Source: Felis catus (Eukaryota). From it: a DNA stretch of 64,000 nucleotides. Below, piece by piece: positions 37,513 to 50,488 of this stretch (positions are counted from its first letter, which is position 1; every line of letters starts with the position of its first letter). Below the pieces are notes generated by a model. That model saw only the letters and a program-made list of their open reading frames with translations. It made no database searches and was not told the origin of the DNA. Both the position numbers and the translations under genes were made by a program. Where the stretch lies: NCBI RefSeq assembly GCF_018350175.1, contig NC_058368.1, positions 126,730,001 to 126,794,000 of the forward strand. Direction: 5' to 3'.

Positions 37513-39406
37513 TGCAGGCCAAATCTCTGAAGAGTATAGATTTAAAAATCCTCCATGAAATATCAGCAATTCAAGTTAAACAATATAGTAAAAGAATTAT
37601 ACACTAGGATAAAGTGGAATTTATTTCAGGAATGCAAAGATGTTCCAAATACATAAAACAATCAACATGATACACCACATAAACTGAAGGGATAAAAATC
37701 AATGATCACCTCAATACATGCAGAAAAAGCATTTCTTGAAATTCAACGCATTTTATAAAATTCAACAACCATTCTTGATTTAAAAAAAAAAAACTTTCAA
37801 CCAAGTGGGTATAGTAGGAACATAATTCAAAATAATAAAGGCCATGTATGACAAACCCACAATTAACATACTCAGTGGAGAAAAATTGAAAACACTTCCC
37901 CTAATATGAGGAAAACAAGGAGGCCCACTATTACTACTCCTGTTTAATAGAGTACTAAATGTCCAAGCTAGGGCAAATAGACAACACAAATAATTAAATT
38001 AGAAAGGAACAAGTATAAATCTTGCTTTTTGTTGGGGATATAACCTGATATATAGAAAATCGCAGAATCAACCAAAACTGTTGGAGTTAATCAACAATTT
38101 CAATAAAGTTTCAGGATACAAAATTAACATACAGAAATCACTCACATTGCTTTAAAGTAATGAGGAAACAGCTGAAAAAGAATTAAAACTAATTTATTCA
38201 CAGTTGCATCAAAAACAATGAAATACTTAGGAATAAATTTAACCAAGAATGTGAAAAATGTGTATCAAAAACCCCACAAGACTTTACTAAAGGTAATCTA
38301 AGAAGACACAAAAACACATCCCATGTTCAAAGATTCAAAGATGTGATGTTGTTAAAACATCCATACTCCCCAAAGCCATCTAGATATTCAAAGCAATTCC
38401 CATCAAAATACTAAAGGCATTCTTCACAGAGAGAGCAAGAACGATCCCAAGATTTGTGTGGAAGGACAGAAGAGCTGAATAGCCAAGGCAATTTTGAGAA
38501 AAAAGAACAAAGTCACAAGTATCATCCATTCTGATTTCAAACTATACTACAAAACCATAGTAATAAAAACTGTATGGTACTGTCACAAAAATCAATACAT
38601 AGATCAGTGGAAAAGAACAGAAGGATCAGAGCTGGCTTCCAGCCTCTGTGATGAAAAAGTGTTTGTCAAGGAAATCAAGACTACCCAGTGGACAAAGGAT
38701 ATTCTGTTGAACAAATGGTGCTAGGAAAAGTACAGAAACACATACAGAACAATGGAATTTGACCCCTATTTCACACCATTTACAAAAAAATTAACTCAAA
38801 ATGAACCAATGACTTAAATATAAAATCAGACAGTATTAAATTTCTAAAAGAAAACATATGGAAAACCTCCTTAATAGTGGTCTTAGCAATTATTTTTTTT
38901 TTGACGTAATGCCAAAAACGCTAACAGCAAAAGCAAAAAAATCAACAAATGGGAGTACAAATTCAAAAGCTTCTGCACAAGAAAACAAGCAAAATGGAAA
39001 GGGAACCTACAGAATGGGAGAACCCTGTTGCACAACATATATTAGATAAGTGGCTAATATCCAAAATATCACACAACTAAAAAATCCAATTTAAAAAATA
39101 GGAAGAACTAAATAAACTTTTTTTCCAAAGAGGACATCAAAATGGCCAACAAGCACATAAAAAGATGCTCAATGTCACTAATCATTGGGTAAATGCAAAT
39201 CAAAACAATGAGATATACCTCACACCTGTAACAACAGCTATTATCAACAAGTTGAGAGACAATAGGTACAGGAAGGATGTCGTGAAAATGAAATCTTCAT
39301 ACACTTTTGGTAGGAATGTGAATTGGCCCAACTAGTAAGAACTCAATATGAAGGTTCTTCAAAAAATTAAAAATATGAAATGATCGACCAATTTCACTGC
39401 TGGGCA
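33216..39406 (+). mobile_element. LINE-1 (5'UTR, ORF1, ORF2), possibly chimeric, interrupted by the ERV-L provirus
   Basis: 5' end is GGGGGGAGGTGATTAAGATTGCAGAGTAGG. ORF 38494-38724 has DFKLYYKTIVIKTVWYCHKN. It breaks at ccaatttcactgctgggca. Confidence 0.85.
37184..37370 (+). mobile_element. Can-SINE (diverged)
   Basis: gagtgtctggttggctcag...gagtctgcttaagattctctctctc, with an A-rich tail. Confidence 0.85.
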
Positions 39407-40285
39407 TACACTGCATAATAGAATCAGAAATATATACCTAGATCTAGATCTAGCTGTAGATGTATCTGACCTTGGCACAGAGCTCCTAAAATGTTTGTAA
39501 TTCCCTTGTCACTTAAGATCTTTTGTTCTTTTCAACTAACTCCAAGTGAGCTATTAGATGGAGGCTGGTAATTAGAAAGACCAAGACATCATTAGAAGTT
39601 GAAATTTTCAGTTTCACCCTCATCCTCCATAGAGGCAAAAAGGGCTGGAAATGAAGTGAATAACTGATCATGCCTCTTTGAGGAAGCCTCCGTGAAATCC
39701 CAAAAGTATAGAGTTTACAGACCTTTCAGGGTAGTGAACATGTAGAAATGTTGAGAATGTGACCTGAGAGAGCATGGAAGCTCTGTGTTCTTCCCACATA
39801 TGTCACTATTCGTCTCTTCCATCTGGATGTTAAGCTGTACCCTTTGACATATCCTTTTACCAAAAAAAAACAAAAACAAAAACAAAAAAAAAACAGTGAA
39901 ATAAGTAAACTGTTTCTCTGAGTTCTGTGAGCTGCTGTAGAAAATGTATCACAACTGAGGAAGGGGGTGTTGGAATCTCTGATATAAAGCTGCTTGGTCA
40001 AAAGCCTTTGTGAAAACCTGATCCTGAAATAGATGTCTAAATTCAGGCGTGGTGGGATTGAATCTTGTGGTATTGAGTCCATAACCTGTAGGATATGATA
40101 CTACTCAGGTAGACGACATTAGAATTAAGTTAAATTATAGGCATCATAAAAACCTCCACTCATTTGGTGACAGAGTGAAGAGTTTTGTGTAATTAGTTAA
40201 GGAGACTCATAGCGAAGAAAGTCATAATAGGAAAGAATTCATTTTTTTCCTACAGAAGAAGGAAAAAAACTTATTTTTTCCTGTA
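39407..40285 (+). mobile_element. 5' LTR, MER21-like (ERV-L)
   Basis: Contains ttggcacagagctcctaaaa, ctgagttctgtgagc, caggtagac...agaattaagttaaattatagg and catttggtgacaga. It shares motifs with 61148-61814. Confidence 0.8.
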
Positions 40286-41373
40286 TTACTGCTGTTGTCA
40301 GTGAATTGGGATTTTGCCAAAATGACCTATCTCATGGAAATGTGTGGTTTGGGAAAATAAAGGATTACAAAGTGAAAGATGAAGAACTTTTGATTCCTGG
40401 AGGGTCACCTGATTACCCATGGTATAGAGCAGCATTTGTGCGGTCATCAGTTACTAAAGATAAAGGTTACCAGTGAATTTAGAGATGGACTCAACTCCGA
40501 GGGAGATTGTTCACTCAGTGCATGATGAAATGCAAACTAATAAGAAAAGGATAAAATGCATAATCCAATGGCTAAACTCTAATACTGAAACTAAAAGTAA
40601 AAGAGAACCCTGAGTTGGACATTGATGCTTGATCAAATTCCAATTTCAGTTAGTCTGATCTACAGTCACTAGCCTCAAAGCCAGGTCCCAAGGGAAAAAT
40701 TGTGTAGGGACAACAGAAAGTACCTGTAAGACCTTCTGGTTACCAAGAAAGTAGTCAACAAATGGAAAGGGCAAAACCAAGAAACTACTGACACCAGAGG
40801 GTATAGTGTAAAAGAGTTGTTTCCTCTTGTACATTGGTATCATCAACTCCCTGAAGAATTTTTACTGAAACGGATTGTGACTGTGTCTAATTTAAGGGCT
40901 ATGTCTTTGGCTCTGAATGCTGCAGAATGGAAGAGCATGTTTGGGTTGAAACAGGACTCTGCTCACTATGAAACAATCACAGATGGCTACATGTAATCTA
41001 GACACACAGGAGGTTATCCCTGATGCAACAGCCAGCCTGGTACACTGGATAAAAACCACTGTAAGTTCTGTTTAGCCTGAGAAGCATGGTTGTCCATTGC
41101 TCCCTATAAATGCCAAATGGAAGACCCCAGAGGAAGCAGCTGATATGCTTCACATGCAAGTCATGTAGGACTAGCTTTATAATGATCAGGATATTCACCC
41201 ACTAAATATGCACATTAGTCATTCATGGTAAATGCTATGGTTAAGGGGGGCTCTTTCATATGGACATCCCATACAACACTGTTGCAAAACCAAAGGAGAG
41301 TTTACAAAGCCTTAATGAATTTGTGGTCTCAGCTTTCCCTTATGGGTCTTAGAGGTATCAGTAAAAACATTTA
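40286..41373 (+). mobile_element. ERV-L internal region, 5' part (probably gag-derived, decayed)
   Basis: Non-L1 sequence directly after the 5' LTR, interrupted by an L1 5' end at ~41374. Assigned mainly by position. Confidence 0.6.
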
Positions 41374-42800
41374 GAGGAGAGGAAGATGGCAGAATAGAAG
41401 GAATGTGGGCTCACTTCCTCCCACAAACACACCCAGGCAAAAACTCCATGTACTGCAACTCACTGTGAAAATGACCTGTGATTGGCAGACCTTCCACAGA
41501 TAAAGCAGATAAAGAAGTCCACCTGAAGAAGGCTAGGAGGGAAAACCACTGGTTCAGTAGTGACTCACGACTCGGGGAGAATATCACAGATGTGGAGGTA
41601 TGCCCTAAGGTGTACCCCTGACCCTGAAGACCTATACTGAAAAGACGATCCCTTATAATGTCTGGCATTGAAAATCTACAGAACTTAACTCTGGGAACTT
41701 TGAAAATCAGCAGGGCTTACCTCTGAGAGAGGTAGAGGGTTATAGGAAACTAAGTATCTGCTCTTAAAGGACCAGCATGCTCCAGCACTTTGCACATGAC
41801 CCAGCACAGACACAGGATTTTGAAAAGTCGCTAGGATATATGAGAAGGAGGTTTATTAATTTTAGGACCTGTACCAAAGGAGAAGGAATCTTCAGGAGGT
41901 ATCTCTGGGAACAGAGGTGCCAACAGGCACCATTTTTTTATAACTCCTTCAGGCTGGCTAGCCCAACACTTGTGGAAACAGTTCTGACACTTCTGTACCT
42001 TGCTAGCATTGCTTGCCCCACCCAGGTGCTCCTGGGGGACCTGCCCCACCCAACCCCCCTGCTTCCAGAGCAACTCCCACACAGCCCACACAAGAACCAG
42101 CCTCACTAAGAAGCAGCACCCCTCCAGAGCAACTATCACACTGCCCTACCAGCTAGCAGTCCTGACTGAGACTAGTGTCCCTCCAGAGTGACTCCATCAT
42201 AGGGAAGGAGGGTAAGCAAGCCCCACTTGCCAGCATAGCAGAAGTAGCTGCAGCCAAGCCCCACTGAGGGTGCCCATTAGTGCTTTCCACAGCACTCAAA
42301 GCCAGTCATTGAATATAGCTAGGCTGAGGACTGCACTGCCCCCACCCACAGGAGCACTTGTAGCAGTCATGGCCCAACCACAACAGAAGGACATACACAG
42401 CCCACACAGGGAGTACCGTGGTTCTGGCAACAGAGTTGGGGAGGAATTACACTACTAGATACCACAGAACACCTTCTATGGGAGGCCACTACTTTTAAGA
42501 CCAGATATAGTCGACCAACCTAATAGTAACAAACAAAGGCATCAGACAAAATGAGACAGAGGAATACGATCCAAATGAAGGAAGAAGACAAAACCCAGAA
42601 AAAAAAAAACTTAAGGAAATGGTGATAAGCAATATACCTGATAGAGTTCAAAGTATGGTCATAAATATACTCACAAGACTCTAGAGAAGAGTACATGAAC
42701 TCACTGAGAACCTCTACAAAGAGATTAAAAATATACTAAAAAGAATGAATCAGAACTAAAGAATACACTAAGTGAAATTAAAAACATACTAGAGGGACTT
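41374..42800 (+). mobile_element. L1 5'UTR + ORF1 N-terminus only
   Basis: GAGGAGAGGAAGATGGCAGAATAG 5' end; ORF1-like sequence 42550-42797. Confidence 0.75.
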
Positions 42801-45572
42801 CTGGTCCAAGATGACAATGGAGGAGGAACACAAACTCATTTCCTCCAAAGACACACCAAATCTACATCTATATATAGAGCAATTCCTCCTAAGGAAAAAC
42901 TGAGGGCTGACTTAACAGCTTCTGCACAACAAAAGAAAGATAGACCATAGAGAGAACAAGACACAGTAACTAGGGGAACACTCCCTCCAGATGCTGTGAA
43001 CTGCAGTGAGGAGGGATAGTAGTGAGGGACTGTGAGCATATTTGTCTGACCTGGGACATGGGGAAAAAACCTGTGGTATACAAAGCAACTAGAATATAAA
43101 CGATCCAGTCCTAGCATGTTGCCAAATGGTAGGGGAGCTGCTTTGAGCACCACTACTTATATTTCCCTTCCACCTTGACAGCACACACAAGTGCAGGGTC
43201 TGGGCACCTTAGCTGGTGTATAGCCTCAGTGAGCCCCACCTGGACCTCTAGACCAGCCCAAGCCCTCCATCAATGTTGTCTCAGCATAGTAGACCCTGGG
43301 ACACCACAGGTTTGTGCTTACTATAGCTCCAGTTCCTTCAACAAGGTGACACAAGCACAAAGCCCTCTGATATATTCCAAGCCCATAACATTTCAGTTCC
43401 AGATGACATTCCCGGACACCTCTTGTGCAGAGGACCTCAGAACTTCATGGCCCCTTCCCAATTAGATCCCAGATGACTTGTCAGGGCACCATCTGCATAG
43501 AGAACCCTAGAACTCCTAGCCACAAGCATCTCAGCTCCAATGGCCCCACTAAGATGGCCCACTATGCAGAGCATCCTGTGAACCCCCGGCCTGGTCCCTG
43601 CCTCAATTCTAGCCACTCCACCAGAATACCACCTATGCAGAGAGCCTTGGGACCCCCAGCTTGCAACCACTTCAGCTTTAGCTGTCCTGCCAGGGCATTC
43701 TCAGTAACGAGAACCCTGGGACTCCTTGGCTTGCACCCACTTCAGTTTCAGCTCTTATGTCAGGATGCCCTCTGCAGGAGAGCTCCAGGATCGCCTGGCT
43801 TGTACCCACTTCAGCTTCAGTTCTCATGCCAAGGTGCCCTACAAGCAGAGAGCCTGGGTACCATCACAGCTCATGCTCACTTAAGCTTTGGCCATCTCAC
43901 CAGAGTAACTCCAGCATGGAGAGCTCCAGGACTCCCAACCTATGACAACTACATCTCTACACAGTCAGCCAAAGTCACCAAGCACACAGTCTACAGAGTG
44001 GAGGGCCATACACAAGGTAATCCTTTATTGTTTAGGAGAAGGAATTGTTTCACCTAGTTCAGAGAAACAAATACAGAAAATCAAGCAAAATGGGGAGACA
44101 AAAAAACATGCTTCAAAAAAAAGTCTCAGAAAAAGAAAACTAAAAGGCAGTTAAACAACACGCTTGATAAAGAGTTCAAAGTAATGGTCATAAAGATATC
44201 TACTGGACTCAAGGTAAGCATGGATGAACTCTTTGAGAACATCAGCAAAGTGATAGAAAATATTCAAAAGAACCAGTTGAAGAATACAGTAACTGAAAAA
44301 TGAAAAATGCACTAGAGGGAATCAGCAGTAATTTAGAGTATGCAGAACAACGAATCAACAATCTGGAAGACAGAGTAAATGAAAGCAACCAAGCTGAACA
44401 GGAAAAAGAAAAATTTTTTAAATGAGGACAGGCTCATGAGGACCTTGGACATCAAGCCAACAAATATTTACATTATAGGAGTCCCAGAAGGAGCAAACAC
44501 AAAAAAATATTTTTTATAATTAAAAAATATTTATAAAAATATTTATAAAATATTTATATATATATAAATATTTATAAAAATATTTATAAGAAATATAAAT
44601 AAATTTTTTTATATTATTTGAAAAAAATAATAGCTAAAAACTTTCCTAACTGGAGCAACCAGATATATAGGTACAGGAAGCACAGGAACTGTGAAACAAA
44701 ATGAACCCAAGGAGGTCCATACCATGACACATAATTTAAATGTCAAAGATTACTGATAAAGGAAGAATTTTTAAAGCATCAAGGGGTAACTAGTTATGTA
44801 TGAATGAAACCCTATAGGGCCATCAGCTTCTCTCTCAGCAGAAACTTTGCAGGCTACAAGGAAGCGGGCTGATATATTCAAAGTGTTGAAAGGAAAAAAA
44901 AAAAACCTACAACCAAGAATACTCTACCTGGCAATGTTGTCATTCAGAATTAAATGAGAGGTAGAAGAGCTTTCAAGAGAAACAAAAAATAACGGAGTTC
45001 ATCACCACTAAACCTGGCTCATAAGAAATGGAAACAGGACTTCTTTATGCGGAAAAGAAAATGACCTAACTAGAAGAAATAAATTATGGGATTATACAAA
45101 TTCACTGGTAAAAGCAAATATGCAGTAAAGTTAGTAAATCAATCACTTATAAAGCGAGGTTGAAATTTAAAAGAGAAAAGCAGTAAAATCAATTATCAAT
45201 AAAAACTAGTCACCAGATACACAAAATTCAATGATATGAAATATGGTATCATATACATAACATGTGCAAACGATAGTAAAAATGTTGTGCTTTCAGAGTG
45301 TGTTCAAACTTAAGCGACCATCAACTTGATATAGACTGCTATGTACCTAGTATGTTATTTATGAAACTCATGGTAACTACACACCAATAACCTGTAATAG
45401 GTACATAAAAAATAAAGAAAAAGGAATCCCAGCTTAACACTAAAGAAAATCATCAAATCATAGAGGGAATAACAATTGGAGAAGCAACAGAGAATAACTA
45501 TAAGAACACCCAGAAAACAATTAACAAAATGGCAACAAGCACATACTTATCAAAATTAACTATAAATGTGAA
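42801..45572 (+). mobile_element. L1 5'UTR (with ~70-bp tandem array), ORF1, spacer and first codons of ORF2
   Basis: CCAAGATGAC 5' end and ORF1-like sequence 44090-45050. The ORF2 start atggcaacaagcacatacttatca is at ~45530. Confidence 0.8.
43430..43985 (+). repeat. Degenerate ~69-70 bp tandem repeat, ~8 copies
   Basis: gaga(a/g)c...ggga-type unit starts at about 43430, 43500, 43569, 43640, 43709, 43778, 43849 and 43919; cacttcagc recurs. Confidence 0.8.
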
Positions 45573-48043
45573 GAAACAGGGAGATAGGAAGACGGTGCTG
45601 GAATAGGAGGACTCCAGGCTCACGTCACCCCACAAACACAACTAGGTAACTATTAAATCATCCTCAGTATTCCAGAAATAGACCTGCAGAAATGACAGAA
45701 CAAACTCCACAACTAAAGGGAGAGAAGACACCATACTGAAGGAGGTAGGAAGTGCTGAGACATGGTTTAATGGAGAAACGGATCATGGGTGTTGTGGAAG
45801 GGAGCAGAAGGTTTTCCCAAAGCCATAGGCTTGGAAATTGAGAAGGATTGAATTTTTTGAGTTCTTGCAACTGGCAGGGTATAAAGACTAGAGTTTTAAA
45901 GGTCAGCAGGCTTGGCTGGGATAGAACCCTGGGGGCACTGTGCTGATCCTGAAGAGAAGACAGGCAAACAACCCAGGAGCAGTATAGAAACAGCTATCTG
46001 AAGAATGCCTGGGACATACAGGGGGGAGATCACTCACTCTTTTTGGAGCCTGAGCCAGCATTCATGGAGATAATTCTCCTGTAACAAAGGAGCTGGCAGA
46101 TGCCATTTCTCTGCCCGACTCCTCAGCGGAAACACAGAATCACCTGAAGGAAGCAGCACAGAGTGAACGCTGGCTGCCCAACTTGCATACACTAAGCCCT
46201 ACCCCCTGTGCAGTGACCTTCATAGTCAAGCTAGCCTCAGTCCCTACATAGTGGGCCATTTCCTCAGAAGACCAGCACAAACCCCTGCCTGCACCGTGTC
46301 TACCTACCAGAAAGTCCTGCAGAGCCTCAATTCACAAGCAAATCAGAGCACACCTAGTTAAAATTCACTACATTCAGGCCAAGGGCAAAACACTGTCCAC
46401 AGCAGGCAACGAGAGCCTCTGTAGACCACTGACCTCAAGGATACAGTAGCCAAAAAGCAACAGCAGAGCACACACAGCACATACCAGAGACACTCCCTGA
46501 AGTGCCAGGCCACAGACACTATATGACCTTTTCTTCATTAAGCAATTACTTTCAGGAACAGGAGGCATGACTAGCTTTTCTAACACAGAGAAAAAGGCAG
46601 AGACTTAGACAAAATACCAAAGCAGAGGAATTTTCCCAAATGAAAGAACAAGGTAAGGCCATGGTTAGAAATCTAAACCAAACAGATATAAACAATATGT
46701 CTGATGAAGAATTTAAGGCAATAATCATAAAGGCATTCACTGGGCTTGAGAAAGAATAGAAAACATCAGGACGGCCTTAATGCAGAGATAAAAGAGTTTA
46801 GAAAAAATAATGGATTAGATATAAAAGAAAACAATAAATGAGATTAGAAACAGGCTTGATGCAATCAACAGAAGGCTTGAAAAAGCAGAGGAATGAATTA
46901 GTGCCCCAGAAGACAAAGTAATGGAAAATAATAAAGCTGAACCAAAGAGAGAAAGAATGATGGAACATGAGCATAGACTTAAGGAACTCAGTGACTCCAT
47001 CAAATGTAATAACATTCATATCACTGGAATCCCAGAAGAAGAAAGAGAGAAGGATGAAGAAAATTTATTTGAAGAAAATAGCTAAAAACTTCCCTATTCT
47101 AGGGAAGGAAACAGACATCCAGATCCATGAGGTACAGAGAACTCCCATCAAAATCAACAAAAGGGGCCAATACCAAGGCATATTGTAATTAAATTTGCAA
47201 AATGCAGTGATGAAGACAAAACCTTAAAAGCAGCAAAACAAAAGAAGTCATTAATTTACAAGGGAAGATCCATAAGGCTAAGCTGGAGATTTTTCAAAAG
47301 AAACTAGGCAAATGAGAAGGGAGTGGCATGATATATTCAAACTGCTGAATGGAAAAAAATCTGCAGCCAAGAATCTCTATCCAGCAAGGCTGTCAGTCAG
47401 AATACAAGGATAGAGCAAGAGTTTCCCAGACAAATAAAAACTAAAGGAGTTCATGACCAGTAAACCAGCCCTGCAGGAAATATTAAAGGGGACTCTGAGT
47501 GGAAAGGAAAGATTGAAAATTATAGTAAGAAGGTAGAAAACACAAAAGCAAAAAAATTATTTCTGTAAAAATCAGTCAAGGAACTCACACACAAAAAAGG
47601 ATGCAAAACATAATAATATATACCTAAAACAGGAGGAGAGGAGAAAAGAATGGGTTCAAACTTGAACGACAATTAATTTAGTATAAAATGCTATTTGCAG
47701 AACAGGTATATACAAATCTAGTGGTAACTATATATCAAAACCACTAATAAACATGCACAGAATAATGAGAAAGTAATCCACACATATCATTAAAGAAAAG
47801 CAGAAAATCATGAAAGTTAACAAAGAATCAGAGAAAAATCTCCAGAAACAATGACAAAACAAGAAATTACATGGCCATCAATACACTCCAATCAAAAGAC
47901 AAAGAGTGTCAGAATTGGTTTAAAAACAAGGTCTATCTATATGCTACCTACAAGAGACTCATTTTAGATTTAAAGACACCTGCATATTGAAAGGGAGGGG
48001 AAACATTTATCATGCAAATAGAGGTCAAAAGTAAGCCAGAGTT

Positions 48044-48260
48044 GGGGCAACTGAGTGGCTCAGTCGGTTGAGCATCCAACATCAGCTCAGGTCATGATCT
48101 CACGGTTCGTGGGTTTGAGCCCTGCATCAGGCTCTGTGCTGACAGCTCAGAGCCTGGAGTCTGCTTCAGATTCTATGTCTCCCTCTCTCTCTGCCCCCCC
48201 CGCCCCATGCTCTGTCTCTGTCTCTCTCTCTCAAAAATAAAGCATTAAAAAAAAAAGAAT
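48044..48260 (+). mobile_element. Can-SINE (feline type) with TSD
   Basis: taagccagagt at 48032-48042 and 48270-48280; body tgctgacagctcagagcctggag. Confidence 0.95.
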
Positions 48261-50488
48261 TCTCAAACATAAGCCAGAGTAGGAAAACTTTTATGAGATA
48301 AAATATACTTTAAAAACAAAAACAGTAACAAGAGACAAAAAGGGCACTTTATAATAATAAAGAGGGCAATCCAACAAAAATTATAGTAGTCAGAAATATT
48401 TATACACCCAAAATGGGAGCACCCAAGTATATAAACTATAACAAACATAAAGAAAATAATTGCTAATAATACAATAATAGTAGGGGACTTTAAAACCCCA
48501 TTTTTACCAATGGACAGATCATGTAAACAGAAAATCAACAAGGAAACAATGGCTTTGAATGACATGTTGGACTGCATGGATTTAGCAGATAGAGTCACAA
48601 AATTCCATCCTAGAACAGCAGGACACACATTTGTTTCAAGTGCATATGGAACATTCTCAAAAAAAAAAAATTACCTATTAGGTCACAAAACAATCCTCAA
48701 TAAACACAAAAAGGATTAAAATTGTATCATGCACCTTTAAGGAAGAGTTAATACCTATTCTTTGCAAACTATTTTAAGAAATATAAAAGGAAGAAAAACT
48801 TCCAAATTCATTCTAGGAGGCAAGTATTGCCCTGATACCAAAACCATATCAAGACACCAGTGAAAAAGAGAACCATGGACCAATATCTCTGATGAACACA
48901 GATGCAAAGATTTTCAGTAAAATACTAGCAAACCAAAGCTAATAATATATTAAAAAATTATTCACCATGATCAAGTGGGATTTATTCCCAGGGTTCAAGC
49001 ATAGTTCAATATTTGCAAATCAATCAGCATGATACATCACATTAATAAAGAATAAGAACCATATGATCATTTTAATAGATGTAGAAAAAGTATCTGACAA
49101 AGTACAACATCCATTCATGATAAAAACCCTCAACAAACTAGGTTTAGAGGGAACATGCCTCAACCTAATAAATGCCTTATATAAAAACCCACAGATAATA
49201 TCATATTGAATGGGGAAAAACTGAGAGCTTTTCCTCTATGGTCAGGAACAAGATAGGAACATGCACTCTCACCACTTTTATTCAACATAGTACTGGAAGT
49301 CCTAGCTACAGCAATTAGACAACAACAAGAAATAAAAGGCATCCAAATTGGCAAGCAAGAAGCCAAACTCACTATTTGCATGTGACATGGTATTCTATAC
49401 AGAAACCCCACAAAACACCAAAAACACCTCCCCCAACTGATAAACAAATTCAGTCAAGTCTCAGCAAATGAAAGAAATCTGTTAAATATCATATAAAAGA
49501 GAAATCTGTTGCATTTCTACAAGCCAAAAATGAGGCAGTGGTAAGAGAAATTAAGTAATCAATCCCATTTACAATTACAGTTACAAAAATAATAAGATAT
49601 CTAGGAATAAACCTAACCCAAGAGGTTAAAAACCTGTAGTCTGAAAACTATAAAACATTGATGAAGGAAATAGAAGATGACAAAAGAAATGGAAACACAT
49701 TCTATGCTTATGGATTAGAAGAAAAATATTGTTTAAAATATTTACAATCATATTTAATGCAACCTCTATCAAAATACCACCAACATTTTTCACAGAGCTA
49801 GAACAAACAATCTTAAAATTTGTGTGGAACCACAAAGACAAAACAACCTGAAAAAATAAAAACAAAACTGGAGGCATCACAATTCTGGACTTCAAGTTAT
49901 ATTATAAAGTTATATGATCAAAACAGTATGGTACTGGCACAAAGAACAGACACATAGATCAATGGAACAGAATAAAGGACCCAGAAATGGACTCACAACT
50001 ACATGATCAACTTATCTTCCACAAAGCAGTAAAGAATATCCAATGGAAAAAAAGAAAGTGTCTTCAATAAACAGTGTTGGAAAAACTGGATGGTGACATG
50101 AATAATGAAACTGGATCCCTGTTTTATACCATACACAAAAATAAATTCAAAATGGATGAAATACCTAAACGTGAGACAGAAACCATCAAAACCCTAGAGG
50201 AGAACACAGGCAGGAACCTCTTTGACATTGGCCATAGCAACTTCTTAATAGATAACCACTCTGGAAGCATGGCAAACATAAGCAAAAATGAACTATTGGA
50301 CTTCGTCAAGATAAAAAGCCTCTGCACAACAAAGGAAACAATCAACAAAACTAAAAGGCAATCTATGGAATGGGAGAATATATTTGCAAATGACCTATCT
50401 CACAAGGATTGTGTATCCAAAATTATAAAAAATGTATAAAACCCAACACCCTAAAATCAAATAATCCAATTAAAAAATGGGCAGAAGA

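Noticed and set aside
43430..43985. Regularly spaced repeats as a CRISPR-like array
   Set aside because: Whole units are degenerate copies with no unique spacers or cas genes, in a mammalian L1 5'UTR context.
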